This document shows, piece after piece, positions 1 through 12,422 of a stretch of 64,000 nt of DNA (position 1 is its first letter; every line of letters starts with the position of its first letter). Below the pieces are notes generated by a model. It ran no database searches. It was not told the origin of the DNA and saw only the letters and a list, made by a program, of their open reading frames with translations. A program made the position numbers and the translations under genes. The stretch is from Moniliella sp. 'wahieum' (Eukaryota), in assembly GCA_003971905.1 (NCBI GenBank), contig RSEE01000044.1, positions 62,001-126,000 on the forward strand. Direction: 5' to 3'.

Positions 1-783
1 CAACCAGCGCTCTTGGCAGTCGTAGAATACGGGCGAGCTTTGTCCCCTTGGGAGACTCAGGTTGCCTGCCAAGTCAATGTCAAGCGCGAAGCCAACCTGC
101 TCATGGCAATTACTACTACGATTCGCTCTGCTACCTGTCCGCCCGCAAGGCTCTCATATGAGTCGCGCTTCCCAATTTGAGCCACACCCTCAAAAGCTCG
201 TTTCAGCAAGAGGCGCAAGAGAGATAGCCGCGTTCATGCCGATGATCAGAAGGGACAATGCTCCGGAAACTCGTGACCAAGCTCTGTGCTCCCACTCGTT
301 CCACATCATCACGCAAGTGGGACACAGCCAGGTATGGCGAGTTGTTCTCTTGCGATAAAAGTCAGGAGAAAATATGAGCACTTAACAGGAGACTAACCAA
401 AAAGGCATGGTCAATGGATGACGCGCGCCGTCTTCATTGAGCGCGACATCCTCAGTGCCACCGTACCCCGTGGTTAGTGAAATCATGCACGCCTTCCATG
501 ACCAGGAGATTGTGTGTCTCGCCACGGAGTAATATGTCCCTGACGCGGTTTCGATACCTTCTGCAAGTCCGGCTTGCAACGCGAGCACCATGCCCACTTC
601 TATGGAACGGAGATGTTTGTTGCGGTCCATGAGCTGCATGCTGGAGCATGTTCCCCCCAGCCTCAAGCCGGTTCCTCGTTCGACGCCTCGGGCTACTTCA
701 ACTTGACGGACTTGGACTGGCTTCGGGTTCTAGGACAAACTCCAGTCGAGTTGCCTCATTATGGAAAAGTCTACACGGAGTGA
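1..783 (+). CDS. possible 3' end of an unidentified gene (fragmented)
   Basis: ORF 574-783 gives protein-like text (EHHAHFYGTEMFVAVHELHAG...PVELPHYGKVYTE*). No recognisable motif, and upstream frames are interrupted. Confidence 0.25.
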
Positions 784-1178
784 TGGATACCGACGGCGTC
801 TACTGCACTCCGCTCCCTGTTCCAGGCGTGTCAAGAGCATATGTTGAAACCCCCAATTCCATTCCGGCTTGCACCATTATACGGCGACTGAGATTATATT
901 CTACCGGTCACTTATGGCATTCGCGTTGATTAATGAGTACGGATCATCGAGATCATTGACGAACACTATATAGAGAGAGGCGGCATCCACTACCTCGCAG
1001 ACTTCCCACCCTTTTCGGGTCACCTAACATCGATATGTGGGCAAGTCTGTAAAATTGGAAGCGTGTGTGCTGCATCAGTCCGTGTAATACATGGTACACC
1101 GCTTCGGCAGGAGTTGCACTTCAAAACTTCTCACCAATGTTGAATGGGATTGTGGGAAGGCACAGCCCGGGGGAAGAG

Positions 1179-1253
1179 AGGCTCGAATAGGATTCGAACC
1201 CATGTCATCGCCTATTGGCCAGGGGTGCGTTACCACTACGCTAGTATCGAGCC
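1179..1253 (-). tRNA. degenerate tRNA / tRNA pseudogene (isotype unclear)
   Basis: Minus strand reads GGCTCGA TACTA GCGT AGTGGTA ACGC A CCCCT GGCCAAT AGGCG ATGAC ATGGG TTCGAAT CCTAT TCGAGCC T. It has a perfect 7-bp acceptor stem, a D arm and a T arm with GTTCGAATC, but 3 extra nt before the D stem, an imperfect anticodon arm and no oligo-T terminator. Confidence 0.6.
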
Positions 1254-3349
1254 GGGATAAGAGCAGCTGCACACAGGATCACAGTCTAACAGTGATATAG
1301 TTGCACGATAGGTTGTGTCCCTCTGTTATGAAGGGACGAAGGAACCACGCATCATCACCAAAGGGGGCGCAGAGGGGAGATATCGACACCTGGTATTAGA
1401 AAGCGCAATCAGAGAAATGAGATGACAGCCTCGTCTCTCTCCTCTTTTGAGCAAGTGGAATGTGAGCGATGGGGGAGGGCATGTGGCGGAAGCCAAACCG
1501 TGCTGATGTCCTGAGCGGCTGGCGACGCTATTAACCAGATGAGATCGATGAGAAGGGAAAGCGTGGTGAGCGCCGGTGAGCGGCTGAGCCTGCTGAGCTC
1601 ACCAGCGCTCACCCGCGCGAAATCTTCTCCCTGTGCACGCAGGCTTCGTAAACGATAATCGATAATCGTAGAGACGCATAATACCGTGCGTAGGCTTTGG
1701 GTGGCGGATAATCGATAACAACGCTCAGTCACTCATAACGATGTAACAAGAAGCTCTATTGTTAACGGCGTTCTTACAGCGACGCCCTGCGACACCTGGC
1801 GGAAGGGGGAATGGGAAGATCGGAGGATGGGTGCATTATAGAGGGGTGTGTTGGCTGTATCCCTGCTTTTGCATGGCATTCATCGATCATCGATCATCGA
1901 TCATCGGGATAGTACACTTGGCCAGGCTCCGAGCAGAGCACGCAGTAGCACGCAGCAGCAGACACAGGCGCCGTGGGGAGCACCAGGAGCAACTGCTTAC
2001 GGCCCGAGGCAGCGGCAACTCGGCGGGACATACTCACCGACGGCAAGGCGTGGCCTTGGAACCGGCACGGGGAGGGCTATCAGCTTCGTCACCCAGGCAC
2101 AGGCACAGGCTGGCATAAGGGCGCACTGCGAGGAAAATGCCAGCGATTTAATCGCGATAATCGGATTCTTTGATCATCATCTCATCACACACACATCACA
2201 ACATGCACACCTCGATGATCGACGATCGCAGTTTTAATTGGACGTGGCAAGTTGAAATTAAAGTGCAAGCACCAAGCATCATGCATCGCGCATCATGCAT
2301 CATGCATCAAATGTGACATACTGTGACGTCAACCTGTGACATGTGACAGCAAGTGACACCAAATCTCAGACGTGTGCAGGCCCAATCTTCAATCCCTGCT
2401 ACAGTGGCTACACGCGGAATGCACAATGGTAGAGCAGGCGCTCAGCGCACGCTTTTTGTGACCGTCACAATTCACACCCACGTGTCAGTGCTCAGTGACT
2501 AGTGACTAGCATTTTAGTGACTGCCGGCTCCTCGCCCTGCTCGCCCCTGCCACATGCCAGCCCATCCGCATCACAATGCGTTGGCCCATCCGATATCTAT
2601 GGACGTGCGAGGCTCGGCGCTCAAGAGAACTGCAGGCTCCTCCTCCCTCCCGCATCGCCAGCTCCCCCGCCCTGCCACCCCAGCAGCTGCTCTCAGTCGT
2701 CCGCATCCTCAGGCCTCGCCTTCATCAAACACTCGAAGCGTGTGTTGACACTCAAATGTGTGTGCATGATGTGTGGAGGGAGCATGCATCGAACATGGCG
2801 ACCGGCTAGCTCACAACGCCAACATTCAACGCGTTCCATGTTCCGTATCAGTACGTTCAACCCGCACCCCTTCTGTCTTTCTCTTCGCCCCCCCCCTCCC
2901 GATTGCCAGATCGAGGGTGGCGGTGAGCGGCTGAGTACGTTGAACGTTGAGAAGACCCAGTACTCAGGCTGGGTGCTGATGTCCTCACGCCCCCAACCCT
3001 CGGACCTCAGATGATCGATGAGGCCTCAGGGCCTCAGGCTATTCACACCTTCCACCTTCCAACGCTGGTTTCAGCGCTCGGCCTCATTAACAGAGTACTG
3101 CGCCTAGGCCTCATTCCTCCCACAGCTTTATTCACTGCACCCCTCTGGGGCTGTGATGATCGTCGCATGCGACGATAGTCTCCAGTCACTAGATCCTACG
3201 CCCCCACCTTGGCTTCCGTGTCGTACCAGTCATTCCTTCCTCCGTCGGCCCCGGCATCCCTGGCATATTCTGCAAATCATCTACCCGGCGCCTGCGTACT
3301 CCCTTGTCGCTACCACCTTTTTCGTTCTCTCCAACACCTCAGACAAACC

Positions 3350-5331
3350 ATGGCCTCCCAACGGGCGGTCCAACCGGGCTATGCGTCCGTGAGCAGTACC
3401 CAACACTCATCTGCCAGCACCTACGCTGTCTCTCCCACCCAAACCCGTGCCTTCACGAGTCAGACCCAAAGCCAGGGCCCTGGCTTACGCGCCAACCATG
3501 CTCCCCTGCTTACGCCGCCATGTCCGATGCCACTAGTCTCCAGTCTTCCACCCACAAAATGATCTCTGGTACATCATACGACACTCCCTCCCCCGACCTT
3601 TCTCCTCTCCCGCAACGTCCCCTGGCAGGCTGGGATTCTATTGATGTCGAGCAGATGATGACCTGCACACTCCCGACCCCCCTGGCAAGCGCGTGCACCG
3701 CAGAACTATGGACTTCCGTGGGTTCTTCAATCTGCTTATCATGGCCCTCATCATTCTCGGCTGCTCATGCTCTTTGCGGGTTACCCCATTCTCTCTGTCG
3801 AGCGCAAGCACGATCACAAACGTCCTTGGCTCCTACGGTTTGGGCGGGACAAACGGCTCGGGACAAAGTCGCTGACTACCCATGCGATCCCTCATCGACC
3901 CCGATACACCGGACAGTGCCAAGTCCTGGACATCGCAAACGAATAATCAGCAGATGAACCTTGTCTTCTCGGACGAGTTTGAGCAAGAGGGGCGGACTTT
4001 TTGGCCGGGCGACGATCCGTTCTGGGAAGCACAGGATATCTTCTATGCTGCTACTAACGACTATGAATGGTACTCTCCCGAAGCCATCAACACGACCGGT
4101 GGTGCCCTAAACGTCGTCATGACCCAAAAAGACCCACAACCCTCAACTTCCAATCCGGCATGCTCCAGTCCTGAACCAAATTCTGTTTCCAAGGTGGCTA
4201 CATTGAAATGGCCGTGTGAAACTGCCGGAACCAGGAAACTCGTGGTTTCTGGCCAGGTCTTTGGACTATGGGCAATCTGGCCCGCCCGGGCTTCCGGGAT
4301 CCACTGATGGCACTTGGCCCATACAGCTATACCTCGTGCGACTATGGTGCCCTACCCAACCAGACCAACAAAGATAAAACGGAGCCTCACGCCGTGCTCC
4401 ATGCCCAGGGTACCTACTCATACCAGTACGATTATAAGCTTTCCTATCTCCCCGGTCAGCGCTTCAGCGCTTGCACTTGTCCGGGTGAGGAGCATCCCGG
4501 CCCGGACGTTACCGTTGGCCGGTCCGCTCCGGAAATTGACATTGTAGAGGCTCAGAACACAAACGGTATCGGCTACGCTTCCCAGAGTCTGCAGGTGCGT
4601 CTCGTTCCCCTCCCCGCTTCTATCGTTGCAAAGAAGAGAAATAAAGTGCTGACACCAAAGTCGTTGCAGACGGCACCGTATGACCCGTCTTACAACTGGA
4701 CGTTTGACGCGGCCCAGCACTTCCAGGGGCGACCCGCAACAGTTACACTGGATCGGTATATCAAGAGGCTGTCAGTGGTACCCAACGCATCCCGCCGAAG
4801 CTTACATCGACGCTGAGGGTTTCCCGCTTTGTCACGTTTGGATTCGAGTATGTTCCCGACTTTAACAACGATGCACAGGCTACATCACCTGGTACGTTGA
4901 CGGCCAAAAGTCCTGGACCGCTCCCAGCGCCGTTATACCGCCCCAGCCTTCCATCAATATCTCCCAGCGACTTCCCTGTTGAGCCTATGAGCATTATCAT
5001 CAACCTTGGTCTCTCATCGGGCTTCCAACCGGTCACTTTTGATGAAATCACATTTCCTGCGTATGCGCCTATCCCCACCTAGATGCTTGTTTTCATATTC
5101 TGACCCTTCCCCCCGCTCCTTTCCTCGTCATCTACTTTGCCAAACGATGCAGGTGGATTATGTGCGTGTGTACCAAGACCCGGAAAAGGAGCGTGTATCC
5201 TGTGATCCGCCCGATTATCCCACCGCCAAGTATATCCAGGACCATCCTGACATATACTACAACCCAACCACACCGTCTTCCCGCGCACCATGTACTCCTG
5301 GCCCAAAAACCGGCTTCTGGATACGTGTTAG
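3350..5331 (+). CDS. KRE6: KRE6/SKN1-family beta-1,6-glucan synthesis-associated protein (GH16), type II membrane protein
   Basis: Motifs across frames: RGFFNLLIMALIILG (TM), SLIDPDTP, LVFSDEFEQEGRTFWPGDDPFWEA, MGNLARPG, LPGQRFSACTCPGEEHPGP, GRSAPEIDIVEA (catalytic ExDxxE), EPMSIIINLG, MQVDYVRVYQ, CDPPDYPT, YSWPKNRL. Introns at about 4594-4669 and from 5061 (acceptor unclear). Several frameshifts. Confidence 0.93.
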
Positions 5332-6833
5332 CCAACCTTCTGCCTGACACGGACCCTCGACGCCCCCTCTCTCCCCTCTCCCCACTAGTAAAGAACTCCT
5401 CGCCCCACGCTGCTGTCCCACGCTCGCCGCCTTCGCCTCTGGCACCTATAGCATAGCTCCCTCTCTCGGAGTGTGTGAAAGATACAATAGTTGTCGTTCT
5501 CCAACAAGACCGACCGGTCCCTTTCCACTTGTGCTTCCCTGTTTTACTTTGCTCCTATTTCTAGTATGTTTTGCGCCTTGCTTGCTGTCGTACTCAGTCA
5601 ACAGAGCTATTATAAAAAAGACATGGAGTCCCACGCGCACGCTTAGAAACGCGTATAATGAGCCCATTGGATCATGTGTGCATGGACGCTCTGCACAGAC
5701 AAATACATTAGGAGCGAGAAACAGAGAAACGTGGATACAGTACCGCATATCTGGTACATGTGCACAAGGCATGCACGTCATGCGTTCCGTGTCTATTATG
5801 CGCTTCTCTTATTCCTTCTCTGTTGCACTGTTGGCCCCATGTGCATGTGTCACCGGCAACGCCCTCAGCGGTAGTGAGAGAAGTACAGTGTGACATTGCT
5901 TTTGATGCTGGTGGATCTCCCAGCCACATGTGCGTCGTACAACGTCACCAAAGGGGGATGATCGATGAGGGGGGAGGGAGGTCTCATAAACGCTGTGTGG
6001 GCCCCAAGATGCATACTGGCAGTAAGAGAGAATCGTGCATGGATATTGCACCCTTCGGTGCGAGCAGGACGCTCGCTCGATTACATGTGGTGAGTCGCTG
6101 AGGCAAAGAGTCGTGGAGCTTAAAGGTGGGAAGACAAGCGAACAGCACGTGTTGATGTGCTCTACACAAGCTGCTAGTGCGCCTGTTTCAAGCGGAAAAT
6201 ATCAAGTGGTTGCCGTGGTGTGTTATTCGGCTGGCACTAGGGCAGTGATAGCGAATTGGTTGTGCGAGCAGGTGGGGGCGCTGGGTAGTCACATGCTTCA
6301 ACAGCTGATCGTCATGCGTCACGCATACTTCGCGCCACGTCTACAATGTAGCATGGGGGGAACGCTGCGCCACTGTTTTCTAAGGCCTCTCTGAGGCCTG
6401 AGGAGGCCACCACCTGCTGTTTCGCCGTTTCGCTCCCCCCCGACGGCGCCACATTGCCACACTGGCTCCATGCGACGTAGGATGTCATCATGGGGTTTTG
6501 CGGAAACATGTTGGTTAGCATGAAATGCCCCTCGAGCCTCTTGATCAGGCTCTGCCGGGAACAAGTGCTCTCACTGCCGCCCCGCCAGACCTGTGCGAGG
6601 TGCTGAGCTGCCAAAAAAAGCGTACATCGTTCCGGCTGGTTTTCTACTACCACACCCCCATACACCTTTCTCTCGTTTGCCCTCAGTCCTCGCCCACAAC
6701 ACAACAATCTACTGCCTGGTGCAGCTCACCACATCCCATCGTCACAGTGCTGTGCACACTCCTCAATATCTGTCGTTCCGACCTGTCGTCTCTCACGTTC
6801 ATTCTTATCTTCTCCACCCCTACTTCTTCCGCT

Positions 6834-9800
6834 ATGCTCATCGCTTTAGTCTACTGGGTGCTGGGCGCCGTTGTGGCTATCAGCACAAGCAAGGCTCGCG
6901 CTGCTTGCGAATGCGGCTATCAAGACCCCGTCACGACCACATTGTGGACCGATGCTGTCATCACCTACTTCAACGAGTCTTCCGCTGCTACCGACATTGT
7001 TTTCCAACCGACCCAGTATGCTGACCGTTACGGTCGAGACGAGCCTGGCGATGCGGGCATTGGCCAGGAGGCTTGGATCGGCAGCAATCGCATCAACGAG
7101 TGGGAGGATGATTTCTCTGCGACTTGGCGCTCTGCTGTTTTGGCCAACAATACCCGCCTCGGCGCCAATAACTCTGGCCTCCTCTCGATGTGTCACCAGC
7201 TGATACAAACAACCGCATCAGTTGGGGAAGCCAGCTACAGACCCGCCGCCGTGACATGCGCTATGGCTCATTCCGTACCATGATAATCCCCCCCCGGGGC
7301 GGTATATGGCTGGCACCAACTTGGACGTCGAGGTGGCTTGGAATCAATCCGAGTTGATCCGCACCGCCTTCTTCAACACAAACTACCCTGGCCAAGGTAA
7401 CATCCAAGTGTCCTACACTTCAAGCTCAAAATCGGTCACCCCATACATATACAATCAGTCAAGTATGAATGGGGGGGCAACTGATGGACTCGAGTACCGT
7501 ATGGACTGGATGCCTGAAACGGTTTCTTTTACCAATACAGGCTCGAACGTCACCAATGCTAAGACGTGGTCAGGCAAGGGCGTGCAAGGTCCGAGTATGG
7601 GAGCTCCCTTTTCTTACAAGCATTGGTCCAACGGTTCTCTTCTGCTCCCAAGGCCCTCCTCTTTCCGAAGCGGTCACGGCGCAAGTTATCTATGCCCGCC
7701 TTTTCTTCAACTCCTCTCGGCCTGAGCGTCTGGATCAGTTCAATTCAGCTTGTACTGCGGCCTCGTCTTTAAGCTCAGCTGTATGCTCCACCGATGACTT
7801 TACGTTGCGAGAGAGTACACCTTTTGACTTGTCCGCAACAGTCAAGCAAATCACCAAGGCCTAAGCGCCATGTTCCAGTATACTCTATTTACGGGGCTAG
7901 CATTTCGGGTGGTATTTTGTCCTTCTCACCATCCATGCATCTATTCGACGGACTAGAAACACGCGCAACAAAAGGGCTGCATTCTACGAACGGTACAATG
8001 CTGAGCATGATCATCAGACTCGAACTGATGGCTCACTTTCGACACTCGCCCCTCCATCCGTCATTTCAGTAGGGTCAGCCCGCGAAGCTGATGAGGTGGA
8101 CAAGCAAGTGTTTAACGAGGCAATGCACAAGTGGGAGGATCCAGCTGTATTGGTGCCGGAGGGAGACGATGACTTTGAGCTGGTTGATTCGGATGAATCG
8201 ACGAGGAGACGAGAAAAGGCGGCGGAAGCATGGGGCTACTCAGGTCAAGACTCTCTGTCGATCTACTCGGGCGTTTCAAAGGTGTCGGGTATGTTTTGCC
8301 TCATATCCAGCTCTCAACGCCGATCTCAACAGGTCGGGCATGCTTACCCCAGTTGGGTTCCCTTCCGGCACTTCTACCCCACGAATGGGATGGGCACTCA
8401 AACTCCAGTCTCCATCTTCCACGCTCGCTCTATGCCCTCGGTTTCGGGTGGCGGCTTTTACAGTTCAATGACTGCGGCCACATCAGCTGCTTCTTTTGGA
8501 GGAGAGGATGGACTAGGGCAGCCTCCCTCCATAAGACATGGAGCGGCTCCGCCTACGGTGATTTTAGAGGATGGTTCTCAGGCGCCCATTGCTTGGGTAA
8601 CTCCTATTGCTGACTGGACTCCAGCCGCTAAGGGTGACCGCCGCTCTATGGCTCACGGATTGCTGGCAAATACTCTTTCAGCCGCAGTGCCGGAACAAGT
8701 GGATCACGGGATGTATATGAGCCTCCAGAGCCAAAGGCAAGAATCCGTGAACGAATGAAGCCGCTAATTTTTGTCAACAAAGGTGAGGGTCGTACGACGT
8801 CCTCAGGTGCGGCTCGGGTCGAGTATCTCGATGGTCTTCGTGGATTTGCCTGCTTCTTAGTGTCGCTCCATCACTTCTGTCTTATTTTCTGGTACGGCAT
8901 GACCACTCAACCTACTGGAACGGGTCAGCACTACAGGTTTGAGTACTGGATCTACAAGATTTTGGGCCCCATCATATGCAATGCGGTCTAAACGTCGGTA
9001 TCTTTTTTGTCCTATCGGCCCGCATCGTGTGCAATCGATACCTTTACCGTGGAAATTTGCAACACCTTGCCCAGCTCATCCAAACTCGCGTACCACGTCT
9101 GGGTGTTACCATCACAGCAGCCATCATGATCAATTACTTTCTCATTGAAGTGGTACGTGACAGAATCCTTCTCAATTTTGTTTACTTTTAGTGATACTGA
9201 TTTTGCGATTTCTCTCGTTGCAGCAAGCCTTCTATTGGACCTCTCGCCTGGCGTCACGCACTTACTCCATCTGGTCGTACTATCAAGACTTTGATCATGT
9301 GGGCGTATTCATCCAAGAGTGGCTTTCTCTATGGTGGATGCAGTCACCGTCGCTCACCCCTTCATCTCCCACTATGCTACGGGTATTCTCTGGACTGTCC
9401 CAGTGATTATCCAGTGCACATGGACCTGCGCGCTCTGCGCCTTAATTGCGCGCGAGATTAAGGCCCCCAGCAAACGGTACCCGTTCTACACGGTCTGCAT
9501 TATCTTCTCATGGTGGGCCAACCGATTCGACTACTTTTTCCTGGCTGGCCTTCTTCTTTCGGATCTAGATGTGCGCTATCAATATCGTCAAAAGTTGGGT
9601 CATGCAGGTCAGTTCTTGCATGGTTCACTTTCGTCATCGGCGCCATTATCACTTGGCTGCTGGACTATGCTAATGTGGTTAATACGAAGAACGAATGGGG
9701 CATCCACCCCAACTTTGCCACTGGTGCCCCCAACAAGTGGTCAGGTTCGACGCAACTGTGGTACTGCCTAAGGTTACTGACGCCGTGTCGTCATCTCCTT

Positions 9801-10157
9801 CTTCTTGCTCTGTGACCTGAGCGCGCCAGTCCGCATTTTCTTCCAACTCCGATTTTGGAACGTTTTTGGACGGAATGCTTTCTCCCTCTATTTGCTCCAT
9901 GGTGTAGTATTTTGTCCATTGGGGCTGCTGCATCACTCAAGATGCTTGCCGCGGGTATCCCATACTGGGGAGCCATGCTCATCAACTTCATTCTTTGCTA
10001 TGTCACGCTCCTGGTCGTCTGTGAACTTTTCACTCGTACCTTCGACCGATGGGGCATTACTCTCTCTCGCTCGTTCTGGCGCGCTGTAACCGGAGGCCTG
10101 GGCGGCGGGAGTTTAGCAGCTCGGGGTTCAAATGCGGCCCTGAAGACGCTTTCCTGA
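6834..10157 (+). CDS. signal peptide + GH16/ConA-like domain + TM + C-terminal acyltransferase-3 (OafA-like) membrane domain
   Basis: Signal peptide MLIALVYWVLGAVVAIST..., ACECGYQDP, GSQLQTRRRDMRYGSFRT (alternate frame ~7225-7280), EYRMDW, KHWSNG, TM near 7880-7950, low-complexity linker, then RVEYLDGLRGFACFLVSLHHF, VGIFFVLSAR, TGILWTVPV, FSLYLLHG. Intron at about 9153-9223. Stop at 10116 or 10157 depending on frameshift. Confidence 0.8.
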
Positions 10158-10817
10158 TTCCTGAGCCAAAAGGTTCTCAGATTCTTCGTCTTTTTAACCC
10201 CACCTCTCTCTCCCTTTTTTTCTAATACTCTATTTTTTTCTCTTTCCCTTTTCGCTCACCGGCCCCCAGTACTAGTGTACACGCCATTCCTTTTTGACAT
10301 ACTTTTCTATTTTTATCCTTCGAACTATGGCTGTGGGGTACTTTTCTGGGTTAACGTTACACCCCCATATGTAGAAACTTCAGTAGAAAAAGATAAAGGT
10401 ATTACTGATGGGCCGTGTGGACACCACCACACATAAACCGGTGGCTACGCAGAAGCCGAACGGGTGTGATTCCACACTCCCTCTACACAGCAATTCTGAT
10501 TTCACGCATTGTCTGTAGGGGGACGTTCCAAAAGGCCGGCTTCGTTACGTATGTGTCGAGAGATTCCCCTTATTTCGCTAACTCAGTTGCGGGCACATAT
10601 TAAAGTGCTTCCAATTATTATAGCCTGCATCATGAGGACAGGACGTGCAACATTTCAGCGCTTGTGCTGCTACTACTTTGAGCTCTTGGCGCTGACGTAA
10701 CAGCTTTCCTTGGCGTAGTGCAATCCAGTCGCGCCAAGCCTGCTACGTAGGTAGCACTAGATGCGCCCAAGCGCAACACCCCTGTTTGAGTTGTCCCACC
10801 ACCGTTTCCACCGCCAC

Positions 10818-11565
10818 ATGGGCAAGAACCAAAGCAAGCTTTCACCCGAGCAGCTCTCCGACTTGGTCGAGAACACCTACTTTGACCGCAAGGAGCTGCA
10901 GCAGTGGTACAAGGGGTTCATCAAAGACTGCCCTTCTGGTCAACTCGACAGCTGAGTTCTCTCGCATCTACAAGCAGTTCTTTCCATTTGGCGACCCCTC
11001 ATCCTTCTCCACGCATGTCTTCAAGGTGTTTGACGACGACAAAAACGGCTCAATTGACTTCAAGGAGTTCATCTGTGCACTCTCTCTCACCTCCCGCGGG
11101 CGGCTTGATGAGAAGCTCACTTGGGCGTTCAAGCTGTACGACATCGATGGCGATGGAACCATCACGTACGATGAAATGCTTAGTATGTTCTGCCATTTCG
11201 CCCTCCCAACTCTTCTGACATGTAATTATGATTATGATCGCAGCCATCGTGCGCAGTATCTACAAGATGACTGGGTCAATGGTAAAGCTGCCTCCTGATG
11301 AAGACACTCCCGAAAAGGTAAGCTACTATTCCATACATCTGCATAGGCCGATCTAACCATTTTTAGCGAGTTGACAAGATCTTTCGATTGATGGATCGGG
11401 ACAAGAATGCTGAGAGTATGCTACCTCCCCCCGCAACCTTTGTCCTAGATTACGGTTCTAACGCCTTGTTGAATGTCCACAGTCAGCTATGAAGAGTTTG
11501 TCGCCGGCTCTAAGCAAGACCCGACGATCGTGCAAGCTTTGAGCCTATACGATGGTCTTGTTTGA
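10818..11565 (+). CDS. FRQ1: frequenin / neuronal calcium sensor-1 EF-hand protein
   Basis: MGKNQSKLS (N-myristoylation), [80 protein letters not shown]. Introns at about 11184-11243, 11318-11366 and 11416-11482. Confidence 0.97.
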
Positions 11566-12422
11566 TGGCCCTCTGGCTCGAAACGACAAGGAAGGTATGC
11601 TACTTCGCACATGGTCCTACAGGAAGGTATGACCATAACTGTGGCATGCGTGCTACCTTCCTCAGCGCATCTATTTACTGTTCCTTTCCGCTTTCGCTTT
11701 CTTCTTTGCTGGTTGACAAGGGCCCTGCTGATTGCCTGCCCTTCGCTGTAGCAGGCTGCAGCCAGGACCCCTCCCTGGAAACGAGGGTGCTCCTGAGAGT
11801 ATTATGGACTCCGCCTTTCAATGTCATCGTTCCTGCCTCCCGTGAGAAGTGCGTGGGTCATTAAGAGATCTACTATTCTGTCCCCGCTTCAACATGGCTT
11901 TCTGAGCTGTGCTAGCCCAGCCGCGGCCATTTAGTTGGGGCAGCCGGACCTGCCGGGCCCGGCACTGGAGGCCTGCCTGTGACGCGGACGCGAGGTGTGG
12001 TGGTGGGGAGGGAGATCGAGATGTGAGAATGACCACAGGTGACATGAACACTGGTTTCAAGAGCTATGGGTAGCTCCATCGCACCGAACAGGCAGGGGGC
12101 GCGTGGTGTGCGCCGGCGGGTTGCACATTTAATTGGCCGAACTGTTGCGAAAGCCGCGCCCAGGGTTACTGTCACTGCGTGGCGTTACGTTTTACCGACA
12201 CTGGCGGGGTGCGGCGCTGGGACGCACCTGTCGCATAGAGTGTCGGCCAACGCTATGATGCATGATGGGCCACATTGACTTTGCCATCGCATTGGTGCCA
12301 GCGCATGGTATGTGCTCCACCACTCAACCAGTGTTACTCAAACCAACCCCCCACCGCTGCCACCGCTTTTTCCACCACCACCACCACCACTACCATCTCA
12401 ACTTACTATCCGCATCCACCCC

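Noticed and set aside
1759..3014. Several 100-170 aa ORFs upstream of KRE6
   Set aside because: They overlap motif-array DNA, have no family signature, and are expected by chance at this GC content.
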